Positions 10,091 to 20,093 of a stretch of DNA of 64,000 nt are shown in pieces. The DNA comes from Kangiellaceae bacterium (lineage in GTDB: Bacteria > Pseudomonadota > Gammaproteobacteria > Enterobacterales > Kangiellaceae), in NCBI GenBank assembly GCA_965230525.1, contig OZ246008.1, positions 903,251 to 967,250 on the forward strand. Reading direction: 5' to 3'. Under the pieces are notes generated by a model. The model searched no databases. It was not told the DNA's origin and was given only the letters and a program-made list of their open reading frames with translations. A program made the translations under genes and the position numbers. How positions within the stretch are numbered: the first letter of the stretch is position 1; the number at the start of each line of letters is the position of its first letter.

Positions 10091-10127
10091 AAAAACCCGT
10101 TAAAGACTAGGTCCTTAACGGGTTTTC
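10091..10127 (-). terminator. Rho-independent terminator of the TonB-dependent receptor gene
   Basis: 10-bp stem AACCCGTTAA / TTAACGGGTT. On the minus strand it is followed by TTTTTT. It lies 38 nt after the stop. Confidence 0.7.
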
Positions 10128-10164
10128 CCTTTGACGGGATTGGATTAGATAGGTTTAACTTAAA

Positions 10165-12813
10165 TTAGAAGCGGTAATTTGCGCTAACGTAAGTGAACCG
10201 ACCTTGACCACTGTGAGTTGAATTAACAAATCCCATAAAGTCGTGATGACTGAATGGTGGTTCTTCGTTAAACAAGTTAGTGGCACCAAAAGTAAGGGTT
10301 GTATTTTCAATGCCTAAGTAGCTGATTGAGAAATCAACCGTAGTCATTGAATCAACAGTTCTATTTTCGAAACCACCGTCAGCATCACCTTTAAACGAAT
10401 CGATAAAGTTGATAGCCGCACTAGCAGTTAATTCGTCTTTAGACCAGCTACTAGCAAGAGTCCAGCGCATTTCAGGCTGTTCGAAATCGCCTTCAACTTT
10501 GTTTACACGCTTGCCGCCTGCACCGTCTGGGCGAAGCTCTTCGTAATCAAGTACGTAGTTTAGAATGTACGAGAAGTCGAACTTACCCATTTCAGTATCC
10601 ATGCCGTACTGAACATCGATATCAAGTCCAGAAGTGTTCAAATCACCAATGTTTTGGAAAGAATCAAACACATTAGCAATTTCACCTGGGTCGCCAGGAA
10701 TAGTCGATGGTAGTCTATCAACAACGTTTGGATCTAATCCGAAAGTGTTAACAACAAACTGAGTATCGGAGTCGATCACATCTTCGATTTCATAGTTGTA
10801 ATAGTCAACACTCACACTCAAGTCATCAGTTATTTCATAGATAACACCAAAGTTATAACTGGTTGACTCCTCTGGACCTAAGTCAGGGTTACCTTCAAAT
10901 ACTGCAGTGTATTCCCACGGACCACAAGCAATATCTCGAGCGGTTTCCACTTCAACAGAGTTGCCTGCACCCGCTAAAGCCGCACAACGTAGGTTATCAA
11001 CCAGGCTAGGTGATTCATCAGTTCGGCCTAAACCAATTTGATGTAATGAAGGTGCTCTAAATGCCGTTCCGTAAGAACCACGCACAACCATGGTATCCAT
11101 CGGTGCCCAGCGGAATGCTACTTTTGGATTAGTGGTTGTTCCAAAGTCACTATAATCTTCGTAACGCATCGCTAGCTGAAGTTCAAATGTTTCTAACAGC
11201 GGAATTGCGATCTCAGCGAAAATCGATTTGTTATCACGAACGCCGTTTGCCTGAGTGGCTTCAGTACCAAAAACGTCACCACGCAAGAACTGGTCATCGG
11301 GGTTATCGCTAATCGTTTCTTCACGATACTCAGCACCAACCGCTAACAATAATTCACCGTGCTCCATTTCGGTGATAGCACCGGAGATTTTTCCGTCAAT
11401 AGAACGGTTTGTGGATTTACCGACACGGGTTGTATTGGTTTCCATAAAATCAAGCGCTTCTTGGGTATTGGTAGAAGGTTCAAACGGGTTCCATAAACCA
11501 CTATCAATCGCTTCTTGTACTCGACGAGAATTCGGGAAACCATTGACTCCGCGCTCGATTGAATGGCTACGAATGTAGTTTGCCGCGACTTCCCAATCCC
11601 ACTCGCCAAAAACACCATTTAAACCAACCACAGCACGGTAGTAGTTAGTATCAGCGATTTTTTCGCGATTACCGATTTCAACTAAACGACGACGCATTGT
11701 GAGATCTTCTTGATAGAAGGGATGGGTTGGATCCGTTGCGAAAGGATGATTAATATTATCACCGTCCATAAATAGCTCGTTAAAGCTTGGGCTCGCCGCA
11801 CCTTTGATGTTCGACTTAGCACTTTGACCGTTTAATTCAGTGAAAATACTCAGATCTTCATTGATTTTATGATCGCCCATATAGTTAAAGCTGAATCGTT
11901 CGGTCGATGGAACCATTGTCATTACCGGCGCGTAGTCGTAACGACAAAGTGTGCCTACGATGTCTTCAGCCGCACAGACGTCATTTCCAAACGTGTCTGG
12001 AAGACGGTTGGATGGATCAGAGGCGAGTGCGATTGTTCCTGGAATACCAGAGGAGCTTCTGAAATCACTCGCATCAGAATCGTTTGGTCGACGAGCTGCT
12101 TGGTTAGCTGATTTAGAGTAATCTCTGTCAGCGTATAAAATCTCGTCACGTTGGTAGTAATCAAGAATAAAAGTATGGCTTGTGGTGGCGTTGGAGCTGC
12201 CCCAAACCATGCTGAAGTTTTGCTCTTCACCACCGCCATCAGCTGTGGTGCCTACTTTTCCTGAAATTTCAACGCCATCAAAGCCTTTCTTAAGGATGAT
12301 GTTGATTACCCCAGCAATTGCATCCGAACCGTAAGTTGCTGATGCGCCATCTTTCAAAATATCAACTCGCTCAATTGCTGCAAGCGGAATATTGTTTAAA
12401 TCAACAAACGCCGTATCAATACCTTTAGCAAAAGGAGAAACCGATACTCGACGACCATTGATTAGAATCAGCGTTGAGTCAGCACCGAGTCCGCGAAGAG
12501 AAACACTGGAGCCACCGTTAGCAGTGTCATCACTCGAGTTACCTTGGGTTGAAAATGTTCCTTGTCCAGAAATCGGCAGTTTAGTGAACAGACCAATAAT
12601 ATCTGTTACACCGGTTTGTGCGATTTCTTCCGCAGAAATAGTACTAATGGGTGATGGTCCTTCCATATCAGAACGCTTGATATGTGAACCGGTTATGGTA
12701 ATTCGATTACCTTCGTCTTCCCCTTCTTCCTCTGCTACCGCTGTTAAAGGGATGGTTAGTGCACTGGCAAGTGCAACACGGAGAAGATGGTATTTAAATG
12801 GAGTTTTTGCCAT
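10165..12813 (-). CDS. TonB-dependent outer-membrane receptor
   Basis: Has a signal peptide, plug-domain motifs (ITITGSHIKRS, VDILKDGASATYGSDAIAGVINIILKK), a long beta-barrel and a C-terminal aromatic residue (...ANYRF). Confidence 0.9.
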   Translation of the reverse strand: MAKTPFKYHLLRVALASALTIPLTAVAEEEGEDEGNRITITGSHIKRSDMEGPSPISTISAEEIAQTGVTDIIGLFTKLPISGQGTFSTQGNSSDDTANGGSSVSLRGLGADSTLILINGRRVSVSPFAKGIDTAFVDLNNIPLAAIERVDILKDGASATYGSDAIAGVINIILKKGFDGVEISGKVGTTADGGGEEQNFSMVWGSSNATTSHTFILDYYQRDEILYADRDYSKSANQAARRPNDSDASDFRSSSGIPGTIALASDPSNRLPDTFGNDVCAAEDIVGTLCRYDYAPVMTMVPSTERFSFNYMGDHKINEDLSIFTELNGQSAKSNIKGAASPSFNELFMDGDNINHPFATDPTHPFYQEDLTMRRRLVEIGNREKIADTNYYRAVVGLNGVFGEWDWEVAANYIRSHSIERGVNGFPNSRRVQEAIDSGLWNPFEPSTNTQEALDFMETNTTRVGKSTNRSIDGKISGAITEMEHGELLLAVGAEYREETISDNPDDQFLRGDVFGTEATQANGVRDNKSIFAEIAIPLLETFELQLAMRYEDYSDFGTTTNPKVAFRWAPMDTMVVRGSYGTAFRAPSLHQIGLGRTDESPSLVDNLRCAALAGAGNSVEVETARDIACGPWEYTAVFEGNPDLGPEESTSYNFGVIYEITDDLSVSVDYYNYEIEDVIDSDTQFVVNTFGLDPNVVDRLPSTIPGDPGEIANVFDSFQNIGDLNTSGLDIDVQYGMDTEMGKFDFSYILNYVLDYEELRPDGAGGKRVNKVEGDFEQPEMRWTLASSWSKDELTASAAINFIDSFKGDADGGFENRTVDSMTTVDFSISYLGIENTTLTFGATNLFNEEPPFSHHDFMGFVNSTHSGQGRFTYVSANYRF

Positions 12814-13224
12814 CGTTTTATGTCCTGTTGGTTTATGTTGTCAGTTCCAGAAATACGACTTTATTGGTCTTAAACGCCATGTCGCTTATCTGGGATATTG
12901 TTATTTAATTATTTACCCGAATTATCAAATTCGGATTTGTCCCTTGTATCAATAAATTGGGCAGTAAAGCAAATATGTGAATATTCACAATTCACTAATT
13001 GGTTAATAAGGAGCGAATAAGTCTACCGATGCCGCTATTTTCTAGGTGATATTGAATTGTTGTTGAATATTAATGAGAACGGCAATTTTGCGATGCAGCA
13101 AAAGCGGTAAGGTTATCCTGTGAGCAAAATATCTCACAGCGAAATATAAAGTCGCTTAATCCCTTGCATTTAGTAGCCTAGCGAGATTTTCAGGACGTCG
13201 AGGTATGTCACCAATTAGATGAGT

Positions 13225-13764
13225 TTAGGCAAATTTGGATTTTTGCCTTTCAAAGGCTCGACGCTTTTCCACTGCCATAGGGGTAATTTCTTGCTCCAAT
13301 TTTTTTAGGCTGCCTAGCGCAAAAAACAATTCTGCCAGTAAGAACATAGGGCCGATCAGTAATTGATTGAAATCATCGACAAATGCCGGCTTGGCTTTTT
13401 CATAATGATGCCCGATAAACTGGATAATCCAAGCGACAACGAAAACCGCAACAGCAATCCATAGTGCGTTATCTAAGTGGGTGATCTGAATCGCGCTGTA
13501 GAGTACCGGCGACAGCAATAGCATGGCTGCCACCGCGAGTGTGAGGTGAAGAAAAAAGTAATAAGCCAGTACAATTACAAAAAACAACATTGAAGCGGTA
13601 ACTGGTTGTTCAGTCATTGGTAGCAATAGGGGTAATTGAATAAGGCTTAATAACACTAATAAAGACCAAATGATCAGGGGAACACCAATGATATGAGTCA
13701 TCACATTTTTCTTATTGAGGTGAACGCTTTTATAGGTAGATAGTTGTTCTTGAACAGACTTCAT
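13225..13764 (-). CDS. DUF962/Mpo1-like membrane protein
   Basis: 179 aa. Contains YKSVHLNKKNVMTHIIGVPLI and IQFIGHHYEKAKPAFVDD motifs typical of the DUF962 family. Confidence 0.6.
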   Translation of the reverse strand: MKSVQEQLSTYKSVHLNKKNVMTHIIGVPLIIWSLLVLLSLIQLPLLLPMTEQPVTASMLFFVIVLAYYFFLHLTLAVAAMLLLSPVLYSAIQITHLDNALWIAVAVFVVAWIIQFIGHHYEKAKPAFVDDFNQLLIGPMFLLAELFFALGSLKKLEQEITPMAVEKRRAFERQKSKFA

Positions 13765-13888
13765 CGAGGTTCTCCATGCTTTTTAGTCTGATTTAGAGTA
13801 CCCAATCGTGATAGATGCTGCAACACACTGCATTGGATCGAACGCAACTTTAGGCACAGTGACAGGATTGCTTGGCGAGCAAGAATTA

Positions 13889-13910
13889 AATTCAAACAAG
13901 TGTTTGAATT
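13889..13910. promoter_or_regulatory. PsrA-type operator candidate in the fadBA upstream region
   Basis: Perfect inverted repeat AATTCAAACA-ag-TGTTTGAATT. Its core CAAAC-N4-GTTTG fits the published PsrA half-site pattern. It lies 131 nt upstream of the fadB ATG. Confidence 0.5.
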
Positions 13911-14040
13911 ATTCCTCAAACTCGCTATACTCGGGAACATCAATTTCAATCATTCCCATTAAAATGCGCGTCAACGCTTGTTTTGGCAACGGCTAAAACG
14001 AGTTTTGTTATCGCGAACAATTAATTTACTGGAGCAAACC

Positions 14041-16185
14041 ATGATATATGAAGGTCAATCACTTCGTTGCGAAATGCTGGATAACGGCATCGCCGAAGTA
14101 ATATTTGATAGTCAATCCGGCTCGGTCAATAAATTTGACAAAGATACCTTGGCAGAACTTAAAGCGGTTATTGAAGCCCTTAACTCTGCTCAAAATGTTC
14201 GCGGGGCAATTGTAACTAGCCCAAAAAGCGTATTTATTGTGGGTGCCGATATCACAGAATTTCTTGGTATGTTCAAAGAGCCCCGCGAGCAAATGATCGC
14301 TTGGTGCGAACAAGCTAATGCGATTTTTAGTGGATTTGAAGACTTGCCTTTTCCGACAGCTGTCGCTTTAAATGGCTTTGCCCTTGGTGGCGGAATGGAA
14401 ATGGCTCTTGTCTGCGATTTCCGTATTGCTTCACCTGCAGCGCGGGTTGGTTTACCAGAAACACAGCTAGGGATTATTCCTGGTTTTGGTGGTACTACTC
14501 GCTTACCGAGGCTCATCGGTTTTGATAACGCGATAGAATGGATTGCTACCGCCAAGCCACAAAAACCCGAAGCGGCCTTAAAAGTCGGTGCCATCGATGC
14601 CGTAGTAGAAGCAGATTCACTAAAGCAAGTCGCGTTACAAATGGTGACTGATGCGGCTGATGGTAAGCTCGACTGGAAAGCGCGTCGCCTCATCAAACAA
14701 CAGCCACTTAAACTGAATAAGCTAGAAAGTACCATGGCATTTAATGTTGCTAAAGGCGTGGTTGGAGCAAAAGCATTACCTCACTACCCAGCACCAATGG
14801 AAGCCATACGTGTGGTTGAAGAAAGCGCACAAATGTCGCGCGACGAGGCGTTAAAAGTAGAGCACGATGGTTTTGTGAACGTTTGTCAAACTTCGCAAGC
14901 GCGCGCCATGGTTCAAATTTTCTTAAGTGACCAGCTACTTAAAGCCAAAGCCAAAAAAGCAGCCAAAACAGCCACCAAAGAAGTCAAGCAGGCGGCGGTA
15001 CTGGGGGCTGGTATTATGGGGGGCGGAATTGCCTACCAATCTGCAAGCAAAGGCATTCCAGTGGTAATGAAAGATATCAATCAACCAGCGCTTGAGCTGG
15101 GCATGAATGAGGCCATTAAAATACTCAATAAAGGCGTTAAACTGGGTAAATTGACTGCGGAAAAAATGGCCAAAGTGGTAGCCTCAATTACCCCTACTTT
15201 GGACTATGTCAATGTTAAAAACGCCGACCTAGTAGTAGAAGCGGTGGTTGAAAATCCAAAAGTAAAAGATAGCGTTTTACAAGAAGTCGAGTCCATTATT
15301 GCTGACGATGCCATCCTGACTTCGAATACTTCAACCATTTCGATTGATCTATTAGCCAAAAACCTAAAACGACCGGAACTCTTCTGCGGTATGCATTTCT
15401 TTAATCCCGTGCATAAGATGCCATTAGTTGAAGTGATTCGAGGCTCAAAAACATCTGACGAAACAGTGGCAGCAACCGTAGCTTACGCTAGCGCAATGGG
15501 TAAGTCGGCGGTTGTAGTAGAAGATTGCCCTGGGTTTTATGTTAACCGAGTGTTGTTTCCTTATTTCCGCGGATTCAGTTTATTAGTCAACGAAGGTGCT
15601 GACTTTAGACAAGTGGATAAAGTGATGACTAAATTCGGTTGGCCAATGGGACCTGCTTATTTGATGGACGTCGTCGGAATCGATACTGGTTATCATTGTG
15701 CTGGTGTTTTGGCAGAAGGATATCCTGATCGCATGTCGATGATTGAAGGTGACGTGATTGAAAAGCTTTATCAAGATAAGCAGTATGGTCAAAAAACGGG
15801 CTCAGGCTTTTACACTTATGGTGTCGACAAAAAAGGCAAACCGAAAAAAGAATTTGTCGAAGATGTATTTAAGTTAATTGGTACACCGGATAAACAATAC
15901 GATGACCAGGAAATTGTAGAGCGAATGATGTTACCGCTAATTTTTGAAGTCGCTCGCTGCTTAGATGAATGCATTGTGGCTACCGCAGAAGAAGCTGATA
16001 TGGCATTGCTTTATGGCATCGGATTCCCTCCCTTTAGAGGTGGTGCGCTTAAGTATGCAGACGAAGTTGGATTAGCCAATATTGTTGCTATGGCTGAAAA
16101 ATATCAGTCGCTTGGCAGCTGTTATGAAGTGCCAGCGAGTTTCAAAGCGATGGCAGAAAATAATCAAACTTTTTATAACGCTTAA
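14041..16185 (+). CDS. fadB: Fatty-acid oxidation complex alpha subunit FadB (enoyl-CoA hydratase / 3-hydroxyacyl-CoA dehydrogenase)
   Basis: Start MIYEGQSL with GGAG 7 nt upstream; the ORF-track start at 13978 is probably too early. Has the crotonase motif ALNGFALGGGMEMALVCDFRI and the NAD fold AAVLGAGIMGGGIA. Confidence 0.95.
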   Translation: MIYEGQSLRCEMLDNGIAEVIFDSQSGSVNKFDKDTLAELKAVIEALNSAQNVRGAIVTSPKSVFIVGADITEFLGMFKEPREQMIAWCEQANAIFSGFEDLPFPTAVALNGFALGGGMEMALVCDFRIASPAARVGLPETQLGIIPGFGGTTRLPRLIGFDNAIEWIATAKPQKPEAALKVGAIDAVVEADSLKQVALQMVTDAADGKLDWKARRLIKQQPLKLNKLESTMAFNVAKGVVGAKALPHYPAPMEAIRVVEESAQMSRDEALKVEHDGFVNVCQTSQARAMVQIFLSDQLLKAKAKKAAKTATKEVKQAAVLGAGIMGGGIAYQSASKGIPVVMKDINQPALELGMNEAIKILNKGVKLGKLTAEKMAKVVASITPTLDYVNVKNADLVVEAVVENPKVKDSVLQEVESIIADDAILTSNTSTISIDLLAKNLKRPELFCGMHFFNPVHKMPLVEVIRGSKTSDETVAATVAYASAMGKSAVVVEDCPGFYVNRVLFPYFRGFSLLVNEGADFRQVDKVMTKFGWPMGPAYLMDVVGIDTGYHCAGVLAEGYPDRMSMIEGDVIEKLYQDKQYGQKTGSGFYTYGVDKKGKPKKEFVEDVFKLIGTPDKQYDDQEIVERMMLPLIFEVARCLDECIVATAEEADMALLYGIGFPPFRGGALKYADEVGLANIVAMAEKYQSLGSCYEVPASFKAMAENNQTFYNA

Positions 16186-16189
16186 TTAG

Positions 16190-17368
<1,179 letters not shown>

Positions 17369-17392
17369 TTTAAACTTTCAGTAACTGGAAAA

Positions 17393-17420
17393 AGGCGACT
17401 ATCAGTCGCCTTTTTATTTT
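17393..17420 (+). terminator. Rho-independent terminator of fadBA
   Basis: Hairpin AGGCGACT-atc-AGTCGCCT followed by TTTTTATTTT. Confidence 0.8.
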
Positions 17421-17530
17421 AAGTGGTATTTTTTATTACCAATAATTGGCAGCTTAATTCTTAAGATTTGTAATCGTGCCGTTCGGAAGCTAGCAAAATT
17501 ATATTTTGGTAAAAGCGAAAACAGTTATTT

Positions 17531-18004
17531 CTATTCGAATAAGTCATCCGAATCCTCAACTGGATAAAGGCTGTCGGCATCATCGTCGTAATTAAACGCA
17601 CCCAATAAAGTTAAGTATTCGTCTGCATCAACCCCAGAAAGCTTTGCGCTGTATTCGTAATCAAACAACAAGACTATCCAAGTAATTTCGCTAATCTTTT
17701 TTTGTTTTGCTTTGCTGAGTAACGGCGCAATATAAGAGCTGGAGAAAGAGCATTGCCCTGCCGCTTTTTCAATCGCAACGGTGGCATCCATTGAACCGTT
17801 GGTTTCCATATCTTCAGGTCGAAAATATCGCATTTTAAAATTATCTGACCACCGATTGCGCGCGCGAGTATTATTTTTACTATAACTTTCTTCAAAATAT
17901 TCATCCGGGATCTCAGCATAGGGTACGCAAGAAACCCAAACAGATACCTTATTCTTTTTTGCGAAAAGGAGACCCTTGTCGGACGCTTTAACGACCTTTT
18001 TCAT
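17531..18004 (-). CDS. Imm22-like (polymorphic-toxin immunity 22 family) protein, isolated
   Basis: ATG at 18004 (MKKVVKAS...). Contains VSVWVSCVPYAEIPDEYFEESY ... ITWIVLLFDYEYSAKLSG ... LLGAFNYDDD and an acidic tail. This resembles my recollection of Imm22 family signatures. The longer track ORF (to 18148) is unlikely. Confidence 0.45.
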   Translation of the reverse strand: MKKVVKASDKGLLFAKKNKVSVWVSCVPYAEIPDEYFEESYSKNNTRARNRWSDNFKMRYFRPEDMETNGSMDATVAIEKAAGQCSFSSSYIAPLLSKAKQKKISEITWIVLLFDYEYSAKLSGVDADEYLTLLGAFNYDDDADSLYPVEDSDDLFE

Positions 18005-18243
18005 GCACTGTTGACTCCTGTAATAGGTCTGATTTAGTGATTTTATCGCTGACTTAAGGCAAGCAACTTGCAAACCTTGCCCGCGCAAACCACAGACACT
18101 CATCCGCAGTTTGTCTGAATGACATAGTAAGTGAACTGAAAATTCCACTTTCTACGACTCGAAATTAATGCGAAGTATGTTACTCTTTTGTACACAAAAA
18201 CCAATAAAATTAAGTGATCATACAAAAATAAATAATAAGGGGA

Positions 18244-19887
18244 GTGACTATTTTGAACGACTTGCTGCCATTGGCTCAATTTTCCGCAAAGGTTAAACAG
18301 CAGCCAGATGCTGATTATCTCCATCAACCCATTGATGGCGAATTAAGGGTATTCACTTGGAGTGAAGTAGACAGCCAAGCACGTTCGGTTGCATCCGCAT
18401 TATTAGCGCTCGGCGCAACACCGGGTGATCGAGTCGGTATTTTTTCTAAAAACTGCGCTGAATGGTTTATTGCTGACCTTGCAATAATGATGGCTGGTCT
18501 AATATCAGTGCCCATCTATCACACTGCCAATCGCGATACGATTCGGTATATTTTGGACGACAGTGAATGCAAAGCTGTATTTGTAGGGAAGCTGGACGGC
18601 ACTGAAGAAGCGGAAGCTGCTTTAGATGGTTCAATCCCTCGCATTATTTTCCCTTATCCCAGTTTAACCGGCGAGCACGCTTGGCCAGATCTACTCGCGC
18701 ATACGCCGCTCGACACCATTCATCAAGCCGAAGAGCAAGATATGATGAGTGTCGTCTATACTTCCGGCAGTACAGGTAACCCTAAAGGGGTGGTGTTGGA
18801 GCACCAAAATTTTAAAGCGGCTGCGATTTCCGCTGTTGAACAACTCGATGCAACCCCAGAAAAGCGACTCATGTCATATTTACCACTTGCTCACATTACT
18901 GAGCGAGCATTGATTGAAAATTTATCTTTCTATGCCGGTTGTAAAATTTATTTCGTCGAATCCATTGATAGTTTTATAACTGACGTAAAACGATGCGACC
19001 CGCATGCTTTTATTTCTGTACCGCGATTGTGGAATAAATTTCAGAGCGAAATTTTGGCAAAAATTCCTGATCGCAAACTCCAGTTTTTACTCCGCGTCCC
19101 AGTATTCGGCAATCTTATTGCTAAAAAAATTCGCGCCGGACTTGGGCTCAGTAGTACCACGCTGTTTGGTTCTGGAACGGCACCAATCTCGCCTAGCGTA
19201 TTGCGTTGGTATGAAAGACTCGGCATGCCGATTTCAGAAGGCTGGGGAATGACAGAAACAACAGGGATGTCATGCAGCAATCTGCCATTCAAAAGTGGCT
19301 CAGTGGGCACAATCGGACGGCCGCTCGACTGTGTGGAAATGAAAATTGGTGAAAACAATGAAATTATGATCCGGGGCGAAGCGGTATTTAAAGAGTACTA
19401 TAAAAATCCAGTAGCAACGGCCAAAAGCTTTACGAATGGTTGGTTCCACACCGGTGATATGGGCGAAATCACAGAAAGTGGTGACTACAAAATTATAGGC
19501 CGGGTCAAAGAGCAGTTTAAGAGTGCCAAAGGAAAATACGTTGCGCCAGCTCCAATCGAAAATTACTTAGGCCGTAATAATGATATTGAACAAGTGTGCG
19601 TAATGGGTGAAGGTCGTAAACAACCGATAGCGTTAGTAGTATTAGGTCAACAGAGTGTCCGAGGATCTACTGAAATCAACAATAGTCTTAGTAAGACGTT
19701 GCATATTGTTAATAAAAAGTTAGAAAAACATCAAAAAATTGATCACATCATTGTGCTCAAAGAAGAATGGACAGTTGAAAACAACCTTTTAACTCCAACG
19801 CTAAAAATTAAGCGATCAGATATAGAAGCGAAATTTAAGCACATTTTAGAAATGGACATTGCTACACCTATTTATTGGGAAGAATAG
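18244..19887 (+). CDS. Long-chain acyl-CoA synthetase (AMP-dependent ligase)
   Basis: Has the AMP-binding motif YTSGSTGNPKGV, GWGMTETTG and WFHTGDMG...GRVKEQFK. The start is GTG at 18244 or TTG at 18253, after AAGGGGAG. Confidence 0.85.
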   Translation: MTILNDLLPLAQFSAKVKQQPDADYLHQPIDGELRVFTWSEVDSQARSVASALLALGATPGDRVGIFSKNCAEWFIADLAIMMAGLISVPIYHTANRDTIRYILDDSECKAVFVGKLDGTEEAEAALDGSIPRIIFPYPSLTGEHAWPDLLAHTPLDTIHQAEEQDMMSVVYTSGSTGNPKGVVLEHQNFKAAAISAVEQLDATPEKRLMSYLPLAHITERALIENLSFYAGCKIYFVESIDSFITDVKRCDPHAFISVPRLWNKFQSEILAKIPDRKLQFLLRVPVFGNLIAKKIRAGLGLSSTTLFGSGTAPISPSVLRWYERLGMPISEGWGMTETTGMSCSNLPFKSGSVGTIGRPLDCVEMKIGENNEIMIRGEAVFKEYYKNPVATAKSFTNGWFHTGDMGEITESGDYKIIGRVKEQFKSAKGKYVAPAPIENYLGRNNDIEQVCVMGEGRKQPIALVVLGQQSVRGSTEINNSLSKTLHIVNKKLEKHQKIDHIIVLKEEWTVENNLLTPTLKIKRSDIEAKFKHILEMDIATPIYWEE

Positions 19888-19942
19888 CGCTATTCCTTAT
19901 TCTAAGTATTAATCAGCTTATCAACTTAAATACCGGTCTATG

Positions 19943-19970
19943 CTAAGCCCATTGTCAAAAATGGGCTTAG
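19943..19970 (+). terminator. Candidate terminator hairpin
   Basis: 10-bp stem CTAAGCCCAT / ATGGGCTTAG with an 8-nt loop. The T-tract is imperfect (aaatcGTTTTTATTT). Confidence 0.5.
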
Positions 19971-20093
19971 AAATCGTTTTTATTTGTTAATATTGCGGAA
20001 GACCCCAAGTTTTTACATTGACATCTTTTTCACAGCGAGTAGGGTTTATCCATTAACAAGAAACGGCCTCACAAAAACAAAAGGAAGGTTGAA

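Noticed and set aside
12392-12955. 187-aa plus-strand ORF. Similar long antisense ORFs occur at 14190..14735, 25953..26351, 11255..11578, 62953..63327, 5153..5464 and 5512..5808.
   Set aside because: Each lies entirely opposite a confidently identified gene (TonB receptor, fadB, DAHP synthase, amidohydrolase, NfeD/SPFH). Their composition is low-complexity, Ser/Pro/Ala-rich and typical of shadow frames. None has an SD sequence or a recognisable family.
13045-13080. Fur-box-like sequence (ATTAATGAGAACGGCAATT) upstream of the TonB-dependent receptor gene.
   Set aside because: By eye it matches only about half of the 19-bp Fur consensus GATAATGATAATCATTATC, and the right half-site is poor. This is not enough to call iron regulation.
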